From: Maricaulis sp. | GTDB lineage: Bacteria > Pseudomonadota > Alphaproteobacteria > Caulobacterales > Maricaulaceae | Reading direction: 5' to 3' | Length of the DNA stretch: 64,000 nt | NCBI RefSeq assembly: GCF_030149235.1 | Contig: NZ_JASBRW010000083.1 | Coordinates: 47,964 to 111,963 of the forward strand | In this document: positions 19,926-28,241 of the stretch, piece after piece | Layout of the letters: every line of letters begins with the position of its first letter | Position numbering within the stretch: the stretch's first letter is position 1 | Made by a program: the position numbers and the translations under genes | The notes under the pieces: model-generated | Database searches by the model: none | The model's input: the letters and a program-made list of their open reading frames with translations, nothing else | What the model was told of the DNA's origin: nothing

Positions 19926-21098
19926 CTATGCAGTCGGCAAATTCAGAATGCGCTTGGAAATGATGTTGAGCTGAACCTCGGAGGTTCCGCCCTCGATGGA
20001 ATTTGCCTTGGTCCGCAGCCAATGACGGGCAACGTCATTGTCCTGGTCCCACTCCAGCCCATCATGGCCGGAACTATCCATCATCAGTTCGAAGCGACGC
20101 TTGTTCAGCTCGGTGCCGTAGTATTTCAGCATCGAGGAATTGGCCCCGACGCCCTGACCGGACTTGGCCTCATCGGTCACGCGCTCCATGGTCGCCATGA
20201 AGGCGAGCCCGTCGATTTCGGCACGCGCCACATCGGTGCGCAGGACCGGGTCGACCAGCTGACCCGCATCATTGAGACCAAGCTGCTGAACCGCAATATC
20301 GCCCATCGGGCGCATGGCGCCCGTGCCGGTTCCGCCAATCATCTCACGCTCATGGGTGAGCAGGTATTTGGCGATGGTCCAGCCTTTGTTCTTCTCGCCG
20401 ACGAGATTGTATTTCTCGCAGCGGGCATCATCGAAAAAGGTCTCGCAGAAGGGAGACTTGCCGGAGATCAGCTTGATCGGCTTGGTGGTGACGCCCTCCT
20501 GATCCATGTCGACGAGGACAAAGCTGATGCCTTCATGCTTGGGGGCATCGAAATCGGTCCGCACCAGTACGAAAATCCAGTCCGCCTCATCGGCGTAGGA
20601 CGTCCAGACTTTCTGGCCGTTGATCAGATAATGATCGCCCTGGTCCTCGCACTTGGTCATCAGCGAGGCGAGGTCGGAACCGGCATTGGGTTCGGAATAG
20701 CCCTGCGCCCAGCGGATTTCACCGCGGGCGATCTTGGGCAGGTGTTCCTTCTTCTGCTCTTCATTGCCGAATTTGAGCAGGGCTGGCCCAAGCATCCAGA
20801 TGCCGAAGGACATCAGCGGCGAGCGCGCCTTGATGGCCTTCATCTCGTCGCGAAGGACCTTGGCTTCCTCCTTGGACAAACCGCCGCCGCCATACTCGAC
20901 CGGCCATTCCGGTACGGTCCAGCCTTTTTCGGCCATGCGCTCGAGCCAGACTTTCTGGGCGTCGCTCTGGAAGGTCCACTTCCGGCCGCCCCAGCAAGCA
21001 TCGCCCTCACCCGTCATGGGCTTGCGCATCTCCGGCGGGCAATTCTCTTCCAGCCAGGCGCGCGTTTCCGCGCGGAAGGTCCCAAGGTCCGACATCAA
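19926..21098 (-). CDS. acyl-CoA dehydrogenase family protein (catalytic-type subunit)
   Basis: 390 aa with GYSEPNAGSD, and the C-terminal SIEGGTSEVQLNII retains the Glu. It is the first gene of the operon. Confidence 0.9.
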   Translation of the reverse strand: MMSDLGTFRAETRAWLEENCPPEMRKPMTGEGDACWGGRKWTFQSDAQKVWLERMAEKGWTVPEWPVEYGGGGLSKEEAKVLRDEMKAIKARSPLMSFGIWMLGPALLKFGNEEQKKEHLPKIARGEIRWAQGYSEPNAGSDLASLMTKCEDQGDHYLINGQKVWTSYADEADWIFVLVRTDFDAPKHEGISFVLVDMDQEGVTTKPIKLISGKSPFCETFFDDARCEKYNLVGEKNKGWTIAKYLLTHEREMIGGTGTGAMRPMGDIAVQQLGLNDAGQLVDPVLRTDVARAEIDGLAFMATMERVTDEAKSGQGVGANSSMLKYYGTELNKRRFELMMDSSGHDGLEWDQDNDVARHWLRTKANSIEGGTSEVQLNIISKRILNLPTA

Positions 21099-21119
21099 TC
21101 TCCCCTTTATCGGCTCAGA

Positions 21120-21139
21120 TGACGTTTACGCATACGTCA
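21120..21139. promoter_or_regulatory. palindrome TGACGT-N8-ACGTCA upstream of the acyl-CoA operon (candidate operator)
   Basis: Perfect 6-bp arms lying 22-41 nt upstream of the first ACAD start codon (21098). Confidence 0.3.
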
Positions 21140-21192
21140 ACTTAGCGCCCATAGCTCTTCCGGCCAGTGGGACGCTGCAGGCAAAACGCGCC

Positions 21193-22101
21193 TCAGGCGA
21201 ATTGAGGCGCGATTTCTAGGTTTTTGGCAAGCCCCAGACGCCGCAGAACGAGCAAAAACGTCCCGTTGTAATCGACGACGCGGTTCCAGAAGCCCTTCTT
21301 GGGCAAATGCAGCGCGCTGCGCGGATGATCATGATGGTGATCATGCAGCGCTTCACCACCGGTCAGCAGCGCTAGGAAATAATCAAACCAGAGCGGCGTC
21401 TTCATGTGACCGAACACGTTCACGCCCAGTGTGGTGGCGTGGAACTGAATGGCACGCCCGATAATGACGCTGGCATGCAAGAGAGCGGTCAGGATCAGCG
21501 AGCCACCAGACAGGGCAACGATCGCATAGATCAGACCTGGCACGGCAAAGTGCAGGATCAGCGACAAGGTGATGTGGAACCGGTCGCCGAAGAGGACGAC
21601 CTTGTTTTCCTTGAGCCACATCGGCATCGGGCGATCGAGGTCCTTCTCGTCACGCCAGAGGATCCAGCCGACCCAGGCCCAGCGCTTGCTTTCGAACGGG
21701 TTATGCGGATCGCCCGGCTTGTCGGCGAAGCGATGGTGCTGGGAATGATAATTCACCCAGTCACGCAGCGAGCCCTGCATGGCCAGGATGCAGTTGAACA
21801 TCGCAAAAACCTGGGCCGGCCATTTGATCTCGCCCGCACGGTGCTGCCAGATCCGGTGCAGCGGACCGATACCCATATTGCACATGAAAATGGTGAAGGC
21901 CGTCACAGCCAGAGCCAGCGGCGCATACCACCAGTGCAGCGTGAGACCTTCCAGCGCCAGCCCCAGCACGATCATCGTCACCAGCAGGGCCAAGCCCAGC
22001 GCCGGATAGATGAAGGCGGAAAAGGCACTCGCCCAGTTCAGCGTTTTCCAGGATTTCAAAATAGCCTCTGACCGGGCCAGCATACGGGGAGACGTAGTCA
22101 T
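21193..22101 (-). CDS. membrane fatty-acid (acyl-CoA/acyl-lipid) desaturase
   Basis: 302 aa with three histidine boxes (HRIWQHR, HSQHHRF, HDHHHDH) and hydrophobic helices. Confidence 0.9.
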   Translation of the reverse strand: MTTSPRMLARSEAILKSWKTLNWASAFSAFIYPALGLALLVTMIVLGLALEGLTLHWWYAPLALAVTAFTIFMCNMGIGPLHRIWQHRAGEIKWPAQVFAMFNCILAMQGSLRDWVNYHSQHHRFADKPGDPHNPFESKRWAWVGWILWRDEKDLDRPMPMWLKENKVVLFGDRFHITLSLILHFAVPGLIYAIVALSGGSLILTALLHASVIIGRAIQFHATTLGVNVFGHMKTPLWFDYFLALLTGGEALHDHHHDHPRSALHLPKKGFWNRVVDYNGTFLLVLRRLGLAKNLEIAPQFA

Positions 22102-22180
22102 GAACGCATTCTCTTATGATCTGACGCCCTCGACCTGGGCGTTTCGTTGAACGGAACATTCGGGCGGAAGGGGGATGAGG

Positions 22181-22238
22181 TCAAATCCGATTTCACCTCT
22201 TCGCCACTGCCGCGAATCAAATCGCGCCTCCGATTTCA
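22181..22238. repeat. two copies of the inverted-repeat arm pair TCAAATC / GATTTCA with different spacers
   Basis: TCAAATC-c-GATTTCA at 22181-22195 and TCAAATC-N8-GATTTCA at 22217-22238. A related TCCGATTTATC lies at 22305-22315. Confidence 0.4.
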
Positions 22239-22393
22239 CGCATCAAAGCCACGCAATTTCTTACCAAAACTGGCGAAGAAAGCTGAAAAACCGGCATGTT
22301 TTATTCCGATTTATCGATAGTCAGGATGGACCTCCGCCACGGATTACGGTTTCGTAATGGTGAATGATCCTTTGATTCACGGCTGGGGAGGCG

Positions 22394-22642
22394 ATGATGA
22401 AGAGTGGACTGATGGCGGCAGGTGCCGCTGCTTTGGCTGCAGCTGCAGTAGTTATGTGTCCCGCATCCATACGCACGGAGATTGCCGAGCGCACGAATGT
22501 CCCCGAAGGTTACGCAGCTGAAGCCGAGCGCCAGATCGACATGTTCGTGGCCTGGCTTCGCGATGATGCATCCAAGCCCGAACTTGAGGCACGCTCCGCC
22601 ACGACCAGCGAGCGCTCAGCCATGGCAGACCTGACGCCCTGA
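22394..22642 (+). CDS. hypothetical small protein with N-terminal hydrophobic segment (82 aa)
   Basis: GGGGAGG RBS, an Ala-rich signal or TM segment, and a strong terminator 25 nt downstream. Confidence 0.6.
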   Translation: MMKSGLMAAGAAALAAAAVVMCPASIRTEIAERTNVPEGYAAEAERQIDMFVAWLRDDASKPELEARSATTSERSAMADLTP

Positions 22643-22665
22643 TCTGCGTCACATGTCGAGATTTG

Positions 22666-22697
22666 ACGCCCGCCGGTTTCCGGCGGGCGTTTTTTAT
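22666..22697 (+). terminator. intrinsic terminator
   Basis: Perfect 11-bp stem ACGCCCGCCGG-ttt-CCGGCGGGCGT followed by T6. Confidence 0.85.
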
Positions 22698-23506
22698 GGC
22701 GCTTCAGGCAATGAAGCGAGGCGCGCATCGATGAACTGGCGCGCAGGATCATCCTCCGCCAATTCATCGCGGACCGCGCGCAGCAATTGGGCGCCGCGCT
22801 CAAGATCCCCGTCCTGAAGCACGGCCTCGGCCAGGTAGACCCGGGCAATGATATTTTCCGGCTCCAGTTCAAGCGCCCTGGAAAACGCCTCGCGCGCTGC
22901 CGGCGTCAGGGCGCCGTTTTCCGAGAAGACGTAAGCCTGACCAAGAAGCGCGAAGAGTTCCGCCGAATCCGGCCGGCTATTGATTGCATTGTTGAAAGCA
23001 ATGGCGGCCTCGCCGAAACGCCCAAGCGCCAGATAGGCCTGCCCCAGACCGGCCCAGCCATCGGGGTCGTCCGGGTTCTGCATCAGACGCTCCGCCAGGG
23101 CGTTGACCTCGGTGACGAGCTCACGCACCTGCTCGGGCATTTCGACCTGCTGCACGGGGGCCTGACCGATCAGCTGCGGGCTCCCGGTATTCATGTAGAT
23201 CGCAACAGCCGCCATCGTCGCGACGGCAGACAGGACGATACCGGCCTGGCGCAGACGGGCACTGGGCGAACCGTCGAGCTCGGCATATTGCTGTGCCGCC
23301 AAAAGCCGGCGATTGATATCCAGCTCGACCTGGCGCGCCTCGGCCTCGTCGATCAGACCCAGCTCGCGGTCCCGCGCGAGCTCTGCCAACTGCCCCGAGA
23401 ACACACCCAGCCCGTCGGCCGCTGCGGTGTCATTGCGGCGCAGGAAGGGAAACACCAGGGCGAGAATGACCAGCGCGCTGACAAGAGCGATGAAGAACCA
23501 GATCAT
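22694..23506 (-). CDS. ccmI: c-type cytochrome biogenesis protein CcmI (CycH), TPR-containing
   Basis: 270 aa with an N-terminal TM helix, then LIDEAEARQVELDINRRLL and TPR-like repeats. It overlaps ccmH by 4 nt. Confidence 0.85.
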   Translation of the reverse strand: MIWFFIALVSALVILALVFPFLRRNDTAAADGLGVFSGQLAELARDRELGLIDEAEARQVELDINRRLLAAQQYAELDGSPSARLRQAGIVLSAVATMAAVAIYMNTGSPQLIGQAPVQQVEMPEQVRELVTEVNALAERLMQNPDDPDGWAGLGQAYLALGRFGEAAIAFNNAINSRPDSAELFALLGQAYVFSENGALTPAAREAFSRALELEPENIIARVYLAEAVLQDGDLERGAQLLRAVRDELAEDDPARQFIDARLASLPEAP

Positions 23507-23970
23507 TCCAGCCCCTCCTCGCGCTTCAGCGCGGCCAGCTGCGCCTCCTCCTCGGCACTCAGCTCGGTCTCTTCACGCACCGCCTGCCGGCGAACAAAGA
23601 AGAAGGCTATACCCCCACCGAGCAGGAGAAGAACAATCGGGAAACCCCAGAGCGCGAGCGTGTTGGCCTGGACCGGCGGCAACATCAGAACATAGTCGCC
23701 ATAGCGCTGCTGCAGATACGCCCTCACCTCGGCATCACTATCGCCGGCGAGGAGGCGTTCGCGGACCACAACCCGCATGTCCGCGGCGAGATCGGCATTA
23801 CTGTCGCCGATGCTCTGACTTTGACAAACAACGCAGCGAAGCTGGCGGTAAAGCACCATGGCCCGCGCCTCAAGCGCCGGGTCTTCCATGATCTCGTCCG
23901 GGCCCGGGCGCGCCAAGGCGGGCGCGGTCAGGAGCAGAACGGCAAGCGGGAGCAGAAGGAAACGCATCAT
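23503..23970 (-). CDS. ccmH: cytochrome c-type biogenesis protein CcmH
   Basis: 155 aa with the LRCVVCQSQSIGDSNA (LRCxxC) motif. It overlaps ccmG by 4 nt. Confidence 0.92.
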   Translation of the reverse strand: MMRFLLLPLAVLLLTAPALARPGPDEIMEDPALEARAMVLYRQLRCVVCQSQSIGDSNADLAADMRVVVRERLLAGDSDAEVRAYLQQRYGDYVLMLPPVQANTLALWGFPIVLLLLGGGIAFFFVRRQAVREETELSAEEEAQLAALKREEGLE

Positions 23971-24500
23971 TCTTCTCGCAAGGCCTCGATCATGGGACGC
24001 AGCGTCTCGCGCCAGACATCCTGGGTGATGACACCGACATGGCGGTAACGGACCCGCCCTTGCCGGTCGATCACAAACGTCTCCGGCGCACCGGTGATGC
24101 CAAATTCAATCGCCAGGCGGCCGGAGGCATCATCACCGATGCGGGTATAGGGATTGCCGTGGCGTTGCAGCCAAGCCGTTCCGGCACCGGGCGGATCGCG
24201 CCAGTCGATGCCATAAATCGGCACTTCCCCGGAGCGCGCAATCTGCATCAGCATCGGATGCTCCACGAGGCAGGGCGGGCACCAGGAGCCGAAGTAATTG
24301 AGCAGCACCACCTCGCCGGCCAGATCGGCGGAACTCAGCCCCTCGTCAAACCCCTGGATCGGCGGAAGATCAAACTCCGGCAGCGGCGCATCAATCAGCT
24401 GCGAGGGAATATCGGTCGGATCCTCGCGCAGTCCGACGGCAAAATAGCCTGCCAGGGCCAGGAAAAGCGCCAGCGGGGCGAAGACGAGAAACCGGCTCAT
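23967..24500 (-). CDS. ccmG: thiol:disulfide oxidoreductase CcmG/DsbE
   Basis: 177 aa with a membrane anchor plus the thioredoxin motif WCPPC. It overlaps ccmF by 4 nt. Confidence 0.92.
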   Translation of the reverse strand: MSRFLVFAPLALFLALAGYFAVGLREDPTDIPSQLIDAPLPEFDLPPIQGFDEGLSSADLAGEVVLLNYFGSWCPPCLVEHPMLMQIARSGEVPIYGIDWRDPPGAGTAWLQRHGNPYTRIGDDASGRLAIEFGITGAPETFVIDRQGRVRYRHVGVITQDVWRETLRPMIEALREE

Positions 24501-26485
24501 TCCGCCGCCTCCGGCGCGGTCGTGACCGGTGTCTTGGCCGGATTGCGACCCAGCGAACGGCGGCCCCGGTCGAGAATGGACAGGAGCCCCCCCAGAGCCA
24601 GGATCACACTGCCAATCCAGAGCCAGATCGCCAGCGGGTAGATATAGATATGAACCGGCCAGCCTCGCCCCTCGACGCGCTCACCGATGGTGACGTAAAG
24701 ATCACCCTGGATGCGCCCGACGATCCCGGCTTCCGTCGTGCCCATGCCGCGGACCGGATAGAAGCGGCTCTCGGACATGATATCCGTCACCACTTCGCCA
24801 TTGCGGCTGGCTTCGAACCGTCCGATCTCAGCGATATAATTGGCTTCACGGGCCTGGTTCACTTCGGTCAGGGTGATCACATAACCGCCGAGCGCGACAC
24901 TGTCCCCTTCCGCCATGAAGGCGCGGGTTTCATGCTTCCACGCACTCACACCGGTAATGGCGATAATCGCGACGGCGAGGCCCAGGTGCGCGACGATCAT
25001 GCCCCAGATCCCCAGGGGAAGATTGCGGGCGCGCGCCATGGAGGCGGAAAAGTCGATCTCGAACAGTTTGATGCGTGATTTGAGGTCGAGCAGCACACCG
25101 ACACCGACCCAGACAGCCAGGCCGGTGCCCAGCGCACCGGCGAGCTTTTCCCGGTCCGCCAGCCAGAAGGCGATCACCAGCGCCGCGGCGCTCGCGGCCA
25201 GTGCCGGCCACAAGGTCTGCCAGATACGATCCAGCTTGCCCCGCTTCCAGGCAATCAGCCCGCTGATCGGAACCAGTACGAAAAGCGCGCCCATCAGCGG
25301 GTTGAACACGGCGTTGTAGAAAGGCGCACCGATGGTCAGCGTCTCATCGCTCACCGTGGTGACGAAGAGCGGATAGAAAGTGCCGAACAGAACCACGGCG
25401 CAGGCCACCGAGAAGACGATATTATTGATCAGGAGGGAGCTCTCCCGGCTCACCGGGGAGAACACGCCGGTCGGCTTCAAGGTCGCCGCACGCAGACCGA
25501 ACAGGAAGAGTGCGCCGCCGATCAGAACCAGCAGGATGAGCAGGATGAAGACCCCGCGCTCCGGGTCGACGGCAAAGGCGTGGACCGAGGTGATAATGCC
25601 CGAGCGCACCAGGAAGGTGCCGACCAGGCTCAGAGAGAAGCTCATCAAGGCCAGGAGCACCGTCCAAGCCTTCAGCGTATCGCGCTTTTCCATGACCCGC
25701 AGGGAATGGATAAAGGCGGTACCGGCGAGCCAGGGCATGAGCGAGGCGTTTTCAACCGGGTCCCAGGCCCACCAGCCACCCCAGCCGAGCTCGTAGTAGG
25801 CCCAGCTGGCGCCCAGCGCGATACCGATGGTGAGGAAGGTCCAGGCCGCCAGCGCCCAGGGCCGCACGATCCGCGCCCAGCGCGCATCCACCCGCCCCTC
25901 GATCAAAGCCGCAACGGCGAAGGAGAAGGTGATCGAGAAGCCGACATAGCCCGCATAAAGCATGGGCGGATGCGAGGCGAGACCGGGGTCCTGCAGCAAT
26001 GGATTGAGGTCATTGCCATTCAGCGGCGCCGGCCACAGGCGTGCAAACGGGTTTGAGGTAAACAGCAAAAAGGCCGTGAAAGCGGCCGTGATCGCACTTT
26101 GCACAGCGAAGGTCAGGGTGATCAGCTTGGGTGCGACGGCCTTGCCGGCATAGGCCAGCACCGCCGTGTAGGCCGTCAGGATCAGACACCAGAGCAGCAT
26201 CGAGCCTTCATGATTCCCCCACACGCCGGTCAGCTTGTAGAGGAAGGGCTTGTCGGTGTGGGAGTTGTCGGCGACAACCAGAACAGAAAAATCCGACACC
26301 GCAAACAGCCAGGTCAAACACCCGAAGGACACCAGGATGAGACCGAACTGGGCCAGCGCGCCCGCGCGTGCAAACCCGAAAATCGCCGGATCATTGGCCC
26401 GAAGTCCGGCGATCGTCAGCCCGGATTGAAGCACGGCAACGCAGAAGGCGAGGATAAGGAGGAAGTGACCCAGTTCAGCAATCAT
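24497..26485 (-). CDS. ccmF: cytochrome c heme lyase subunit CcmF
   Basis: 662 aa polytopic membrane protein with the heme-handling W-rich motif WGGWWAWDPVEN. Confidence 0.95.
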   Translation of the reverse strand: MIAELGHFLLILAFCVAVLQSGLTIAGLRANDPAIFGFARAGALAQFGLILVSFGCLTWLFAVSDFSVLVVADNSHTDKPFLYKLTGVWGNHEGSMLLWCLILTAYTAVLAYAGKAVAPKLITLTFAVQSAITAAFTAFLLFTSNPFARLWPAPLNGNDLNPLLQDPGLASHPPMLYAGYVGFSITFSFAVAALIEGRVDARWARIVRPWALAAWTFLTIGIALGASWAYYELGWGGWWAWDPVENASLMPWLAGTAFIHSLRVMEKRDTLKAWTVLLALMSFSLSLVGTFLVRSGIITSVHAFAVDPERGVFILLILLVLIGGALFLFGLRAATLKPTGVFSPVSRESSLLINNIVFSVACAVVLFGTFYPLFVTTVSDETLTIGAPFYNAVFNPLMGALFVLVPISGLIAWKRGKLDRIWQTLWPALAASAAALVIAFWLADREKLAGALGTGLAVWVGVGVLLDLKSRIKLFEIDFSASMARARNLPLGIWGMIVAHLGLAVAIIAITGVSAWKHETRAFMAEGDSVALGGYVITLTEVNQAREANYIAEIGRFEASRNGEVVTDIMSESRFYPVRGMGTTEAGIVGRIQGDLYVTIGERVEGRGWPVHIYIYPLAIWLWIGSVILALGGLLSILDRGRRSLGRNPAKTPVTTAPEAAE

Positions 26486-26545
26486 GGCTGGGACTTCTTA
26501 TGTTCTACCCGTCACGTCAAGCGGTCGGGGTGTCGCAGGCTGGGC

Positions 26546-28027
26546 TCACCCGCCGGTCGAAGGACGTGCACCGCGGCCGACCCAGAGGACGGCCAGCGCC
26601 GGCAGCCAGGGCACAAGCCGCTCGAACGGGTCACCGGGCAGAACCGCCCAGCCATGCAGGACCTGCATCAAGCTGCCGGACACGGCGTCGGCCGGGAGCT
26701 GGCCAATGGCATTGAATATCACCGTCAGAACGAAGCCGGTCACCATGGCTGCAAGAATGGCCCAGCCCGCCGGTTCATAGCCCAGTACGCGCATCACCAC
26801 GATTGGCCCGAAAGCCGCCCCGAGCGCGGCCCAGGCGAACAGGACCCGGGCAAAGATCGAACTTTCCACGCTCAGAGTGAGCACAACCGCGAGCCCGGCG
26901 ATCACGGCCATGACGAGACGCGAAATCGTCACTTCACGGCCCGGAAACAATTTGACCAGGCGCATATCGTGGGCGACGGCGGCAGAGGCCGAGAGCAGGA
27001 TACTGTCGACCGTCGACATGATCGCCGACAGAATCGCCGCGATAACGATACCCGCCAGGATCGGTGGCAGGAGGTCATTGGCGACCCGGTAGAACAGGGT
27101 TTCTCCGTCCATGCCTCCGCCCATCAGGGCGCGCCCGGACAGGGCCAGAATGCTCATGCCGACATAGACGAGAACCGCCCAGGCGATAGCGATCTGGAAG
27201 CCGCGCCTGCGCGCCGGCTCATCCTTGATCGCCATCAGCCGGGCCAGCAGGTGAGGCTGGCCCATCGCCCCGACACCAACGCCCCAGACACCGAGAATAA
27301 AACCGATCAGGATCCAGCCAGCAAACCCGCCGGTTATGTCGAGATAGTCCGGCGGCGCCGTGCTCGCCAAGCCTTCAGCAATACCCCCGAATCCGCCTGC
27401 CGCCATGAAGGCCGCCAAAGGCAGCAGCAAAGCCACCAGCGCCATCATCGCACCCTGCAGCATGTCGGTGACGCTGACAGCCCAGAAACCGCCCAGCAAG
27501 GCGTAGATCAGGACCACACCAGCACCCAGCAACACAGCTTCTGTGGTGTTCATCCCGAACTGGGTCTCGAACGCGCTCGCCGCCGCGCCGAACTGGGCCG
27601 CGATGTAAAAGATGAAACAAAAAACGATCATCAGCGCCGCCGTTGCCGCGATGGCATGCCGCATCGGGCCCGAGATCGCCGAGGTCAGGAAATCGGTCAG
27701 CGTGACATGGCCCTTCTCCTGGGTCTCATCACGCAGGCGGCGACCGAAGAACAGCCAGACAGCCGCATAGCCCCCCCAAATGCCTGGCACCATCCAAAGA
27801 GCTGACAGTCCGTTGAGATAGACAAAGCCGGAAAACCCCAGCAGCACCCAGGCAGACGAGGTCGACGCGGCATAGGACAGGCCTGACACCCAGGCGCCAA
27901 CCCCCTGCCCTGCCAGGAAGAAATCGCTCTCGGTGCGCGTACGCTTGGCGGCCCAAAGGCCGACCAGGATCAGCACCAGCTTGTAGCCGATCAGTGTGAT
28001 CAGCACGAGAAGTCCGTCGGTCGTCAT
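26546..28027 (-). CDS. sodium:solute symporter (SSS) family transporter
   Basis: 493 aa from MTTDGLLVLITLIGY, with DFFLAGQGVGAWVSGLSYAASTSSAW typical of SSS N-termini and a G6 RBS before ATG 28027. The listed ORF extends 88 codons further upstream. Confidence 0.85.
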   Translation of the reverse strand: MTTDGLLVLITLIGYKLVLILVGLWAAKRTRTESDFFLAGQGVGAWVSGLSYAASTSSAWVLLGFSGFVYLNGLSALWMVPGIWGGYAAVWLFFGRRLRDETQEKGHVTLTDFLTSAISGPMRHAIAATAALMIVFCFIFYIAAQFGAAASAFETQFGMNTTEAVLLGAGVVLIYALLGGFWAVSVTDMLQGAMMALVALLLPLAAFMAAGGFGGIAEGLASTAPPDYLDITGGFAGWILIGFILGVWGVGVGAMGQPHLLARLMAIKDEPARRRGFQIAIAWAVLVYVGMSILALSGRALMGGGMDGETLFYRVANDLLPPILAGIVIAAILSAIMSTVDSILLSASAAVAHDMRLVKLFPGREVTISRLVMAVIAGLAVVLTLSVESSIFARVLFAWAALGAAFGPIVVMRVLGYEPAGWAILAAMVTGFVLTVIFNAIGQLPADAVSGSLMQVLHGWAVLPGDPFERLVPWLPALAVLWVGRGARPSTGG

Positions 28028-28161
28028 CTGCCCCCCTTTGGCGCGGCAACCTTGTCGCTTCCTGTTCTCGCTTAGCCTGCTTTGCCGCTCAGGACAAAAC
28101 CGGCGCTTTTTTGCCCCGGCGCGAATGACCGGAAGGACAGAATGAAATACACTGGCGGGGT

Positions 28162-28201
28162 TGTCTTGGCGCAGCAAGAGATCGATACCAGAGCCAAGAC
28201 A
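28162..28201. promoter_or_regulatory. perfect 9-bp inverted repeat upstream of gcdH
   Basis: TGTCTTGGC-N22-GCCAAGACA with a central ATCGAT, lying 41-80 nt upstream of ATG 28242. Confidence 0.25.
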
Positions 28202-28241
28202 TGCCCGCCCGGCGGGCCCCGGCATACGAGGAGAAGCCCCG

